From the NCBI GenBank assembly GCA_002633005.1, contig NMRA01000685.1, positions 62,001 through 126,000 of the forward strand: DNA of 64,000 nt, given 5' to 3'. A model generated the notes under the pieces. That model did no database searches. It was not told the origin of the DNA and was given only the letters and a program-made list of their open reading frames with translations. The translations under genes were made by a program, and so were the position numbers. Of this stretch, positions 12,881 to 43,617 are shown piece by piece; the first letter of the stretch is position 1; every line of letters starts with the position of its first letter. This DNA is from Phoronis australis. Taxonomy: Eukaryota > Animalia > Phoronida.

Positions 12881-13974
12881 TTAATTCTTTCCAAGTCGAA
12901 GAAATACTCCAGTTATCTAACTTCCTTCAAGCAGTCCCTAATTCAGTTCCCAAAATCGGTAACTCGTCATTTTTACACTGCGCATGCCAGAGGATATGAC
13001 TTCATACCGTCTGCTGCTCACAATATTAAAATGGCCAGTTTCCGATTTCGGGAACTGAACGAGGGACTGTAATGTTGTTTACTGTAAAGTTTTCCTTTGA
13101 TATTTTTTTATTCAGTGGTAAAACAAAATTAACTAAATTAATTTTGTGCAACCTTGAGCATTTTTTATAAGTCAAGATGGCCGCAGCTGCCATTTTGAAT
13201 TTCGACCAATTAGCATCTTCTGAACATGATGAATTATAGGATCTTGCAGTGTATCATTTCTAATATTTTGTGGGGCTTAAAGTACAATTGGTATTTTTTT
13301 TCCATTTGGAGTCAATTTAAAGGTCAATTTAAAGGTCATAGTGAAATGTCAAAGGTAAAGTTGGACTGAAATCAGTAAAATCCATCTCTTTTGGCAGAGG
13401 AAATGTTAAATGTATGGGAAATGCTAAATTAACATGTTTTGATTTTTTCTGAGATCAAAAAATGTCAATGAATTAGGTTTTCTCCCAAAATCCCAATAAG
13501 CAGTCACAATATTACGTTCATGATTAAGGATATGATAATGTGTAGTCTGTACGGGTTACTTCTAGACTGTTAACAGTTTGCACATGCTACATGTAGGCCT
13601 ATGATCACATTCTTGTTATGTTTTATCATCCAGTCATGCAATTACATTGCTACCTAATGATTTGTAAATTCTGGACCCCTATCATTCTATTCCATTCCTG
13701 TGTTGTTATGCTGGTAATTTTATGCAATTAACTTTAATTTATAGTCAAATTCAGTGTGCTTGGCTGAATACACATATTGGATAACTCGAACATTCGTTGT
13801 TTTGAACTAAGATGTACACAGTCTGAAAATCCTTGAGAACCGTATGATTAAATTTGAATATCCTTCAATTAATTCCCAAGACACGGGCCGTCATCTATTT
13901 TATCTTAGTATAAATATAGGTTATACAACGTACGTGTTTGTATCAGTAGTTATTATATCGAACCACAATGGTTG

Positions 13975-14945
13975 TGTAGCCTGTGTCTCTCAGCACTGAG
14001 ACCTTCGTACCAACATTCCCCTCCTTCCGACTCAGCTTTCCTTTGAAGGCACGTTCACTTCACCGAATCCTCTTTCTGGGAACCTCGGTGGCTGACCGCT
14101 GCTGACTTTTAGAGTTGCTTTCCCTGCAGACCCAGTTCATGTCTGAGGGCCATTAACTCCCTTAGTTGAGATCTTGTCTCCATAGTGAGTTGCTAATTCC
14201 AACAGTCCACTTTATCATACCTTGTTACCGACAGTAAGCACCTGGCGTGCTCGCCAATTGTCATGTTTTTCCCTGTGTGTGGGTGGGCGCAGGTGGTTAC
14301 CAACTGGTGGTAATAGCTTTCGGTGCGGTGATAGACTGAAGACTGGTTCGAGTTAATCCTTTATTAATCCCGACCGTACGTTCACAAGCCTACTCAAGCA
14401 AAACGTCCGACGTAATGTCTGTTTTATGCTCCAGCCAGTGCTGCGAAGCCTTGACTTGTGATGAACTTCTGAGACACGTTCAGCAACTGTTACTCTCGTA
14501 AATTCAACCAATAACCTGCTGTTTCTATAGCTGTCTCTCTGTTGGCTCTCGCTGTAACTGTCTTCACTGCAACTTTTTAACTGCTTAACTACTTTTAGTT
14601 CTGATTAACTCTGATTAACTTTCTTGAACTGCTGATTAAGTGACTAATTCAAACCCGTGCTTGAGTATTTATAGACTAATGCAATGTTCTAGAACTTTAC
14701 ATCAATTCAAGCACGTTCTAGAACTTTCTGGAACCTACCCAATCATTCTACAAACATGTACTAGTCTCTAGAATATTCCAGACCGCATTTATCACTGTCA
14801 TACTAGAGTCTTCTAGAAAGTTCCACACTATTCTATAGTAAACAAATTACATCATCATTGTACTGACCTCAGGGGTCATGCCAATCAAACAGAACAACAA
14901 AACAAAACAATACAACTAAAAACGTTGTCAGTTTATATTCTGACA
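13975..14945 (-). mobile_element. Putative solo LTR with TATA box and clustered heat-shock elements
   Basis: Minus strand starts TGTCAG at 14945, then HSE arrays at 14687-14823, CTATAAATA at 14666-14674 and AATAAA at ~14360-14365. Left boundary and TSD uncertain. Confidence 0.45.
14687..14823. promoter_or_regulatory. Cluster of heat-shock elements (nGAAn/nTTCn arrays)
   Basis: TTCtaGAActTTCtgGAA (14716-14733), TTCtaGAAagTTC (14811-14823), plus partial sites at ~14687 and ~14766. Confidence 0.55.
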
Positions 14946-16499
14946 CTTGTGAAAGAATGAGGCTATTAACGAACTATAGGCCCACTAAAATTCAGTAGGC
15001 CCTACTGAATAAGGCATATGTTTGGAGGAATATTAAGGGAATTGCATGTTTCTAAATTTGGATATGTATTCTGCCATTTTAATGTAGGAGTGATAATGGC
15101 AGGTGCATACATTGTTGTCATTTTCACCTGCTTTCACCATGAGGGTTAACCTGTTTGTCAGCGTACATTATGCAGCAGAACACACCTGCCTGTCACTAGT
15201 AATAGTCTTTGCAGGACAGGCCAGGAGCTGGCATTTCAATATTGCCGCGTCTGTCAATGTATGTTCCTGTCTTTCTGTACTGCAGCGTGCTGTTCATGTA
15301 GAAATTTAGTGGCAACATGGCTGGATTGAGACTGTATGTGGTCAGAGAATTGTATGAAGCCTTTCACTATACTGGACACTTTAGCAAATGTTGAACTGAT
15401 GAGTATTGTGACGCCAGATGCTTTCTTTAATGTGCTGATACAACCCTGAAAACTTATGGGCAAAGTTGTTGGCACATTATAATCTTCCACAATCATCTTT
15501 TCAAGGAAATGTCTTGAGAGGCTTAGAGAACATAACAGGTGAATTAGAGGAAAAACTAAATACCACAAGTATGTTAGGTAATTTTGCCCTTTGACTTCTG
15601 GTTTGACCTCTGGCTTGACCTTGAAAATGACCTCGTATCAATAAAATAGCACCAGAAATATACTCACAGAAAAATGCTTAAACGATGCATTGCATGATCC
15701 TAAATGTCATCTTATTGGAAATAAGAAAATGGACCAAAATTCAAAATGGTGGCATCGGACTTCGTGAATTGCAAAAGTGCTCAAAAGTTGCACAAAGTGG
15801 AACCAATCTAATTTTGTTACATTTCAACAAATAAATTTATAGTAATCATCATTGTAGGGCTCGCCCCGTGGGGCGTTTAGGTCCACAACTACATTAAATA
15901 GGATTTCTTTTTATAATAACTTTTTTACCTTTCCACTGTCAATAGTTTATTCTTCAATTTCGGTGAATGAAGGACAATGCGGAAAATTTTGATTGTGAAA
16001 CCTTTGTTTGAGTTTGAAGGATTTAAAGACTCCAAGGTGTCCATGTACACGCAAAAGTTAAAGACTCCAAGGTGTCCATATACAGGCAAAAAGTTAAAGA
16101 AAGTAATGTGACTGTTACAGTTTAGCCTGGGTTAAGCGTAATGTGCAGGAAATTTCCGGCATAGCATACAGTATGGATTAGGATATGATGCTGCCCAATG
16201 CTATCTAGCTGTAGAAGAACTAATGCCAAAATACACCATGCTTGGTATTCTCTGGAACCAAACTGTGTTTGAATGGCATATAGCGCAAACTTTGAATTGG
16301 TTCCAGCAAACCTTGCTTGTTCATGAAATGAACTTTTATTTAGAAGCATCGTTTTACTATTGTTTGAATGAAGTGTGGTTGAATGTCAAGAATGGCTTTG
16401 CCAAAATTCCTCGACAGTAATTTGAGGAAATCCGTCAACTTTTTAAAAAAATCTATGCAACAACTGACAGTGTACATTTGTGTCTCTTTATTTTTGAAG

Positions 16500-34395
<17,896 letters not shown>

Positions 34396-35151
34396 ATTGA
34401 TCCGCTAACAATTTTAAAAGTACTTTTAATTGTTACGACATTTTCAACAAGTTTAGTCCCTCACCTTTTGTATTGAGTTCATGGAGTTAATCAAATACTA
34501 GGTTGTCATGGAAGAATCCTAACATCTTGTCAATTTGTCTTAAGGAGTGGCATGTTTTACAGTACTGTGGTGTCATGTTTCACTGTCTGTATGGCACAGT
34601 ACTGTGGTGGCTGTTGTCTAATAGATATTAAGCACGCATTCAGATATGCTCCTAAGTTAATCGTATATATAGCTTAAAGAGCAAAGAAAGGGTTTAATGA
34701 AAATTGGAATTGTGTGTCTCAAGGCACACCTGGAAAGCACTGAAAGAATAGGATGCACCCCCAAAGAGCCATGTTCACAGACATTGTTTTCGTTGACGTC
34801 ACCAACGAGGGAAGGGTGCCACAAATGACGGGAGCGGGGTGGCTAAGATGAGCGGCTCAATATCGGTGGCGGGAAAATTTTGATGTCCAGAGGATGGCGC
34901 TACACTGCTGGGAACCTAGGTGTAGCACCATTGTCTTTCACTTAGAGGACGATAATTTTAGCTATGGCACCATTTTTTTACTTTCACTTCACACACAGTC
35001 TCTCTATGCTCTTGATTCATTGTAGTGTCAAAGTTCCTGATTTCAGTAGAGCATTTTCTCCGATACTTTCAGTTATGGACATATATGCTATCGATCACCC
35101 TGTTAACAGTTCATTGTGAAATTAGTGAAAGTAGTTACTGTCCTACAGATC

Positions 35152-35329
35152 TTATTCACGCAGTCGCCATTTTAAAAGGGAGCCTCTTTTTGGGCTTAAA
35201 AACAACTTATTTGAGGCATAAATATAACAAGGCACATGCAAAAAAATCATGCTTTGCACTGTGATGAAGTGCAGAATGCATTGTAAAAGCTAAAAAGAGG
35301 CTCACTTTAAAATGGCGACTGCAGAATAA
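35152..35329. repeat. Inverted repeat (foldback) downstream of the ATP2C1 stop codon
   Basis: gcagtcgccattttaaaagggagcctcttttt / aaaaagaggctcactttaaaatggcgactgc. AATAAA at 35325-35330. Confidence 0.75.
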
Positions 35330-36163
35330 AGTGTATAATTAGCGCTGAATCACTAGTCTCATTTTGTGTTTACATTTGTCTTTCAATCTAAAAAACATAA
35401 TCAGTAGTTCCAACCCTCTGACGGTGTGTTTCTTCTGAAATCTTGAGTAAAAAGGACTTTGCTGCAGCACACTCGTTTTGAATTCAATGGCCAGTTCATG
35501 GAACAAAAGTAACATGATTTTTTAGAGATGAGTCTCCTGAAAGCTTCTAAAGTTTATGGCGTCATCTCTAGTCAAAAAGAATTGCAGTTCATGTTCGCTT
35601 TCACAACATGCTGCCTAGGCTGTAATGGAATTTGTTTTTGTTTCCTTTGTAAAGAAATTATGAAGTCAACTTAGTCACAAGTTACAACATTCTTAATGAA
35701 CAGCTTTACCCGGCTAAATCTCATTTGTATTGTGTGATAGGCATTTTAGCTAATCAGAACATAAAATTGTATAAGGACGGACCTCTTGTGCTTTCTATAG
35801 CTTTGAAATGACAGATTACCATATCAAATAAGCCAGTTCATGGGTACTTGTTCGGGTTAGTTGTTTTACTTTTAGCTGCACATACTTAGATGTTTAGGAC
35901 ATATGGATTGTTTTGGGCTGTGTAGTTTGTAAGAAGCTGATTTGATACACACACTTAGCTCATTGCGGGTGAAAGAAGAAAACAAGTCCCAATGAATGGT
36001 TACTGGAACTGTTTGTAATCTATATTTTTGTTAAACCCAAGCATTTAGTGTCAAATAAGAGTGTCAAATGAAATAAAATTTAAATTATTACACTTCATGA
36101 TCTTAACTTTTTAAGTTATTTCTGTGGAAGTACAATCAGTACTTGTTAATTTGTGATAATTCA

Positions 36164-38592
36164 TTAGTGTCTCCGTTCAAACTTTCTTATGGTCGCTTTA
36201 ATGCAGCCACTGCTTGATATCCGCAATCGACCAAAATCTGTCCTTTCTTCAGTTGTGGGGTTGTTGTTGTTCACATCCGCCTCACTTCCACTACCGGTTA
36301 AGATGTCTGGCAGAGGTATGAGAGCATCATTGTCTGTCTCGTCAGATTCCCCTGAAGGCTCTAGAATGTTAGGGTACGGTGGAAGTTCCTCAACAGAATT
36401 ATTATTGCCCTGTAATGTTATATCATTGTTGATGCACGTGTCATCTTGCGTCATGTTAAGCCCCAGACCGCTGTCGGGATCGTGTGTCGGTAAACCTGAC
36501 ATATTTTCTCTGTCGTCGCCATCTTCGGTTCTTGTTTCCTGTGTAGATGATTCTGCTTCCGATTCAAGTGCCGTCTCGTGGTCACTGCTGTCACTTCCAC
36601 ATGTAATTTTTGGTGAATACTTGTCTTTAGCTGCGAGTTTACTATCCTGTTTCGCCAGAGGAAGTAATCTGTTGATACTGGTGCTACTGCCTTGTGCAGA
36701 GTGATTAGCGGGGGATTTGGTCATGTACGTTGATACGCTGCCACCATTTGTTACCAGGTGACTACTGTTAGATCGAGCGGGTGATGGACTAGACGCACGC
36801 GATGGAATTTTGATTCTCTGCTTGGCCCTGAACGAGTTGAGGCTTTCCCCCGAAGACACCTGCAACGAAGAGAAGAAATTGCTGAATTATGCACCCGTTT
36901 AGTTCAAGAAGCTGATACTTTGTGACCAAGATGTTTAAAACTACTTCTCCCCCACCCCAGTACCTCAATCAATTCCTGCTCTTCTTTGTTTAGAAGTGGC
37001 GATGGTGCGCGTCTGTGGACTCTAGGCGATATGGGCCTCAGCGTTCTATCTCTTGGAGACAAACTTCGTGCTCGCGGTCCATTTATTTTCGCTTCAATGT
37101 TGTCGTCGATTTTGTTTTCTTCGCTCACAAGGTCCTTCACGGGACTTCTCTCGCGTGCTGTTCGTGACGACGAGTCAGGTGCTGTGATCATCAACGCTTC
37201 AACTTCGGCATCGTTTTCTCCTTCGCGCTCCTACGAACAAAATGCACCAGTTTCACAAAAAATTGTTTGATCTTGCATTACCGTATTTTGTTTAAAGAAT
37301 CCAAACAATTTCAAGTATTGACGACGAAGTAGGCCTATGTACGCGGTTTGCCCGTACGTCATGCTTCTCCGCGGGGTCTAAGGTGTTCTCGAAATTTGGC
37401 CAATTGCATGGCACACTTCGAATAAGCTTTCTAAATTATACTCGCGGAGTAATGGATTAAGTTTCAAATCTATTGTGTCTGAGTTCGGAGATTAGATCCT
37501 GGAGTAGGTCCGTCCTAAACTTCATGCTCTCATAAAGAAAAATACCATTTCGTCGCTAGTACAAACATTTTGATGACTTCCCGTTTAAGAACCAGAATAG
37601 AGTTGCTCACCTTCTCTGGCTTGCAGTTCGTCGACTGTTTTGGGGGTAGAAGAACTGGTCTTCCATGACGTCGTTTTGTTGACAAGTCCCCACTGACACC
37701 AGTCTCCTCCGTATCCATACGGCGATTGCTGTTCTTAGGTGCCCGAGTCGTGTCTTTGTTTCCGAAATTTTCTAAAAATTGCCTAAAAGAGTAAAATGGG
37801 AACGTCTGTTAACTTGACCATTTGAACATGAAATGTCGACCACGAATTCATCGAATATCTTACACTGATACAGTGAGGCGCATAACGCCATCTGATGTCA
37901 CTACTGAAGTACACTTAAATTCATTAATTAACGAGTATTTTACCCATAACCGTCTCTATCTGAGGAAAACCGTGCTCGTTACTACGAAGAACGATAGCTG
38001 ATACTTACCCTTGTTTTACTTCTAGCCGTTTAGCAGGAACGCCACTTGGTGACAAATCTGTTCTCTCCTCCCACAAAGAGGGCAAGGCGTTTTTCGTCAG
38101 GTTCTTCGCTTGTGGCCTGATTTCATTGCATGTATTTGTAATTTCATCCGTACTCTTGTTTTCGTCGTCACGTGATTCCGTTTGTCGCTCTATCGCTACA
38201 TTAGCTTCTTCCTCAACAGCGACCTTTTCCTCTGGAGCACATTTGTCCGTAAGGTCGAGAATAGTAGCAAATTCCACAAAACTGATCCTCCGCTTAAAAT
38301 CTTCTCGTGTGTGAAACATGTCACACAACGATGAGTTTTCGCAAAAGCTCATTGCCATTTCTGCTGTTGAACGCGCAGTGCTGACCAAATTTTCTGCTAT
38401 GTCATGAATATGTTTTGCTTCCGCTTTAATTTTCTTTTCCAACTCTAAAATATAAAGTACGCGCTCTTCCATCTCAGCTGCTCGTTCTCGCGCAGTTTTT
38501 GCCGCGATCACGATGTCTAGTAGTTCTCCGAATAGGTCCTTGCGAATCGTCTTTGATGTATGGGGAAAATGTTTATCCAGATTGGAGGTCAT
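36164..38592 (-). CDS. Uncharacterised ~572-aa protein: N-terminal coiled coil, RVxF-type motif, Ser/Arg/acidic disordered remainder
   Basis: Four phase-compatible GT-AG exons: 38592-38009, 37782-37611, 37230-36964, 36859-36164. Contains KRRISFVEF and RARSLSP/RAPSP/RASSPSP, and ends CIKATIRKFERRH. Confidence 0.8.
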
Positions 38593-38599
38593 GGTGAAT

Positions 38600-38955
38600 G
38601 CTAAATATTTTTCGTTATAGAACAATTAAGGAGGTGGTGATGGTGGTTCATGCATGCTCAAGAAAAATCTACTTGTAACGTGTTTTTCGTATGTCACTAC
38701 CGCTATGACGTCAACGTGTGGTAAACAGAAGTATGTAACTGGACATTCCTTCGACGAGAACGAAAGAAGTTCACAAGCTACTCCGCAGCAGCTGTATGTT
38801 TGTATGTGAGCTTGCAATTGCGTAACACTTGCGTAAAGATAAAGGATTACGCAATATGACATTACCAACCGAACAGTCGAAGATCGGAGTGCGCAAGCAT
38901 ACAACATGCTAGCAGCACACGATGATTCCTTCTAGCTCTGGGCATAACCTTCAGG
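38600..38955. promoter_or_regulatory. Putative bidirectional promoter between the two orphan genes
   Basis: CpG-rich, palindromic CRE TGACGTCA at 38706-38713, plus-strand donor CAG|gtaac at 38954 and acceptor at 39038. Confidence 0.45.
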
Positions 38956-39314
38956 TAACACCAGGATACATTTACTCTGATTATATTTCAGTCATTCTGA
39001 ACTGTTCCTCTTTCTAACATTCTTCTATTTTTGTGCAGATAGGATTTTGGGTGTATTTGTCAGTTGCTCAAACGAAGTTTTGGCCTTTGGTTATTGGAGC
39101 CGTGCACTTGCTACTAATTCTGGTTTCCCCGATATCGCCAAACGTTTCGACACAAGGTCTACCTAAGGACAGGGATGTACTCTTGATTAGTTATCTGAGT
39201 TGCTAATCTCAAAGTTGAACAAGAATTTGGGGCGAATGCTACAACATCTGGCGAATGGTTGTTTCTTTGAAGTAGTTTTTGTAAAACTATGTACAGAAAC
39301 GCTAGTCTTTTCAG

Positions 39315-42300
39315 AATCCACCACCAGACGAAAGTCTTGATAACACTTCAACAGCGTCGTCGAGTTCATCATTAGACACCGTTTTGGAAGTGACCCCTGC
39401 TATTTGCGACATACAGTTGCCCAGTGTTGGAGACGAGAATTCTGGAAGGGAAGACCAGGAAAAGCTTGGCATTACAGACGAAAGTTGTGTGGTTGACGAG
39501 ACTACGTCTTGCTGTGTCACTCTCCAGGAGCCTGTGGGTGCGCACTGCTGTGACAAATCGTCCGAAAACCTTTCACAAGGTTGCCTTGTTGCCGAGTCCA
39601 ATAGTTTAGAAGAAGTGCAGGATTTTGACGAAGACTTCAAAGGACACAGTGGTCGGAATCCATCCACCTGTTATAAGTCACCTGTGGAGGAACAGAAACT
39701 AGGTTATCAAAGGGACGAGGTCGCTTCTGGACAATCCGATAATCAACCAGGAGTATCTCAAAGCGAGCACGTGACCACTTGCGAAGAGCTTTCCCAGTTG
39801 AACACTGACGGAGAATCTCTGGGTGTTATTTCAGCAGATCCACAAGCATTATCTGGACTTCAAGTGTTCCAGCCGCTGGGATACATCTATTTGAGTGGTT
39901 GCCAGGCTATTCCAATATATCCACAGGCAGTTACTGTCATATCGACAGTTGGCGCCTCACAGCTTTCAACGAATCCTTCTGGAGTCTTGTTGGGTAATTC
40001 AGTCATTCCTACGAACACAGCAATGACATCAAACAACTACGCTGTACCTTACGCCTTGGCATGCTGCCGTGATGGAGAGTTGGACGGCTTCTACGGTTAT
40101 GGGCACACGGGAATGCCAATGTACGGATATCCCGTGAAGTATTCGTACTCTGATCCAGCGACGGTTGCGCCTCATTTAGAGCATTATGCAAACAGCGACT
40201 GCAGCAACGTCGCATCTACGTTTACAGTTAACTGTCAACATCCCTCATATTACAGTCCTGACCAAGAGGTACCCTATCCAGATGAAGGTTATTCAAAACC
40301 GTATTATGGCAGACAAGGTGAATACAGACAGTCTTACAATAATTGGGTTGCTGCAGAAGCACACGACAAACGAAGATCCAGTTCTCGTGGATACCAAGAC
40401 GAGCACCCTGCGTCGGTATCTTACAAAACACCGGATTGTTTTTGTTGTGAGCCATCGAGCGAGTACCCGGCAAACAGTTTCGTGAACACCAGTGAAGGGT
40501 GTTTCAGCCATTCTGTGTACCCGGCGTTCAGCTCGAGCCATAGCAACTACCCAGCTAATAATAACGCATGTCGCAGTAATGGGTGTTATGAAACTCCAAA
40601 CGGCAAGTTTCAGCGAAGAGAGGCTCCAGTCTGGCATCAGTCTACTCCACACGAGTATTCAAAACCAGCAAGCAGTTCATTTTTGGGTGCGGAACATGCA
40701 AGAGCCAAACAACATCAGAAAGACATGGAAAATCTTAATCAAGGTTTTCATAACAACATGCATGAATTCTCTAACTTCAAACACGGTGGTGGAAGTGTCG
40801 GAATGTATTATTATCAACCACGCAATACCTACAAAGGAAAGTACTACGCGGATTTAAAGAAATCCCGCTACAACAGCAACATCCCTACCCATGATACTGG
40901 ATATGAAAGAACACCGTATCGCAACCGCTTTGACAAACAAATAATCGGTGAAAACGAACGAAAGCATGCCAGTACATATGTACGTCGGGCGTCGTCTGCG
41001 CTCCCAAGTTCCCGCAATAACACCGCTCCGCCGAACGATAACCGCAGATACGAGTCGAAACCACCCAGCACCTCACATGACCGAGGCATTCCAAGGGCTA
41101 CTGTGAACGAATGGTCCGATTACATGACTGAGTATGCACAAAGATACCAACAAGCTGGTGGAAAGCCGCCAAGTGGAAAATACAGCCACCTGCACAATAC
41201 ACCAAGCACACCAGAATGTGGCGGTCATCAGGAAGATGGTCGTATTGTGGCTGATATGAAAGAGATGTTTCTTAGTCGAGGTTATGTCGTTAACCCAAAC
41301 ACTTATGATCTAGAAATGGTTCGTGGCCAGCACGCGTACATGAATTTTCGCAACAAAGAAGTTGGAAAGAAAGAGCCTCAACCTAACGATAGAGTTAAAT
41401 GTGTTAATCCTCACGCCGTGCCGTTTGTGCCGCGAGATTACGGGTACAGTGATCCGGCCAAAAATGTTACCGTTTGCGAAAGTAATGGAGACATTTCTCC
41501 GACGAATTTCAATGCCAAGGTTAGTTTGCTTCTGAAATATTGGAAAAATGGCATTTTTATTTTTAAACTAAATTTTTGTTTGCTGAATCCCCTTTAGCTA
41601 CGGGTGGAAATTATTGATCGTTGAACATCGAAAAAATACCAGATTTCTTTGCAATCATTCATTGATGGCTCATTTTTCGACAAAAATTTTCAACCTTTTG
41701 TTGATGTTCCAGTGATCACTAAAGATTTTTCACAGTTAAGATTTGGTCAAAAGCAACTTCTTTAGAAACTCCAAGGGAAGTGGTCTCACCGAGATATTCA
41801 AGGTGTTGGCTCTAAAGGTGCGAGCTCTCAAGGTGCAAGCTCTCAGAAATCTCACGTAACGCCAATTTTTCCACGATGAGGTGGCTGAAACAACATTGGT
41901 AAATAATGTTAGCTTAACTATAGTTCCCTTTCAAAAGACTGACATTAACCTCTGGCATGATTTGACTGCAGTCATCTGAGGCTGCTTCCTTTTTATTGCT
42001 ATCAATCAGGAATGGTCCCAGTCTTCGTTCTCCGCCCGCTTCTTCCTCCGCGAGTGAAAACGATGTCCACCTTGCTCAGGACATCACAGCTTCGTCGTCC
42101 ATATTATGGAGAATTTGATATGAATTTCCAGTTTAGGCATTCAGAACATATACTACGCTCACCTTCCCCTGCAGACCAAGTTGAGCTTTTACGCTACTGC
42201 ATCGGAAATAAATTATTTTCACTTTTTAGGTGGCTGGGAATACTAGCGACTCGAGTGACTCACCTCTGCCCCAAGCGACTCCACAAGCAATGACGTCATC

Positions 42301-42406
42301 CATGCACGGCTCATCTAATGCCGGGACTTATGGTACCCGAAGTAATAATAACGGCAAGACCACATACAATAATAGTTACGAGAGACGTTACAAATACAAA
42401 TATTAA
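39315..42406 (+). CDS. Uncharacterised ~800+-aa Tyr/Ser/Asn/Pro-rich disordered protein with a PAM2 (PABP-binding) motif
   Basis: 2205-nt exon 39315-41519 (cttttcag acceptor, AAG|gttagt donor), probable exon 41766-41855 and terminal exon 42230-42406 (...YERRYKYKY*). CVNPHAVPFVPR at 41400-41435. Start may be ATG|gt at 39255-39257; middle exons uncertain. Confidence 0.75.
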
Positions 42407-43617
42407 TACCTTATTGTGCAATGCTCATGTACTACCATTGGAAACGGAAGTACACGCCTTCCCTCATCAAGTCTTGTCTTCAATATTGTAACACTTCCGT
42501 CACACACTCTGACGATATTGGCCTAATTGTCCCTCTCCTTAAAAATAGATTTTAGCTAAATAACGATTTCTTCCTCTTCTTGGATTGTAGTGTGTGAGTG
42601 ATAAGGGTTAAAATGAACAAAATGGATGCCAAACAACATATTCCAAATAAGAAAATCGAGACACCCCTCTTCTGGGCCGTAATGCACTTTTAAAGCATCA
42701 CAGATAGGTGCCATAACTTGCTTTATGATGCAATATCGTAAACATTTCAACTTTTGCATACAATAAACTAGATTATTAATTAGAATAGAATACATGGTGC
42801 TGATTTTTTTACTTCAGTCAGCCGAAAATCCCAATTTATAAAATAAGTTAAAAACATTGAGCAGTTTTTAAAACACTGACGCTTTCGAAAGTACACGTCA
42901 AACAAATTCTTTTCCAATGTAACAATTCACTTTAGCCTTTAGGTCACAAAAGGTACAACATTGGTAATTCTTCTCAACGGTCACTTTATAATAAGGTTCA
43001 GTTTACCATTTCATTTATTTGTACGTGTGCAAACCGTGCGTGGACAGAGACGTCTATATAGGTGCCTTTACAAGATAGGGCGCATTTCACAAGTGACTCT
43101 GGCACGTTACGAAGTGTGGAAACCACGTGACGTCTAAATAAGTTTGGTCGTTCACCCCTGAGAGTGGCAACTATTGACAAGAACCAAGTGAAAGCTAAAG
43201 ACGAAGGGAATCCGAAAACACCTGATGTTACAAACCTTTCTTCAAAATTTTCATCTAGACACGCGTTTCCATAGAAACAAAAACGTATTGATGTTTTGGC
43301 AAAAACCTTAGTAACTTTGGAAACGGATGAGGTAGAGACATGATTCTCACAATACTACCACAGCAAACTTATTTCATGTTGCAACTAGCAAAATCGTAAG
43401 ACAAATTAGTAGAAAAATCATTAACGGAACGAGGAGTGTGATTTGAGGTCGCTAACACAGAGTGGCCGTTTCAAGAATTTTAGGGAATTTTTTTAAAGCA
43501 ACGACGATACTTTTCGAAGAGCAAACGCGCCTATAAAGTTAGTTGGAGAGTTTGCCATCATGGTATGGATTATGGCGGATTTATAAAAACTATATCTCTT
43601 GTCTAGTTTCCTTAGAT

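Larger units (their letters stand above)
13070..15896. mobile_element. Long-TIR DNA transposon remnant (Academ-like) with a nested insertion
   Basis: Imperfect inverted arms at ~13070-13350 and ~15580-15896 (ttttgtgcaaccttgagcatttt vs aaaagtgctcaaaagttgcacaaa; gccattttgaatt vs aattcaaaatggtggc; ggtcaa vs ttgacc). Decayed GW..YWT..EL..C..RC-like fragments at ~15310-15480. Confidence 0.5.

Noticed and set aside
13031-13068. MASFRFRELNEG as the first coding exon of ATP2C1
   Set aside because: Donor is phase 2 while the 16500 acceptor is phase 0, and the donor overlaps a transposon end. It could still be 5' UTR.
16344-16416. FAKIP peptide resembling the vertebrate SPCA1 N-terminus
   Set aside because: Splicing to 16500 is out of frame; probably chance.
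36189-36704. 171-aa plus-strand ORF
   Set aside because: Antisense shadow of the spliced minus-strand gene.
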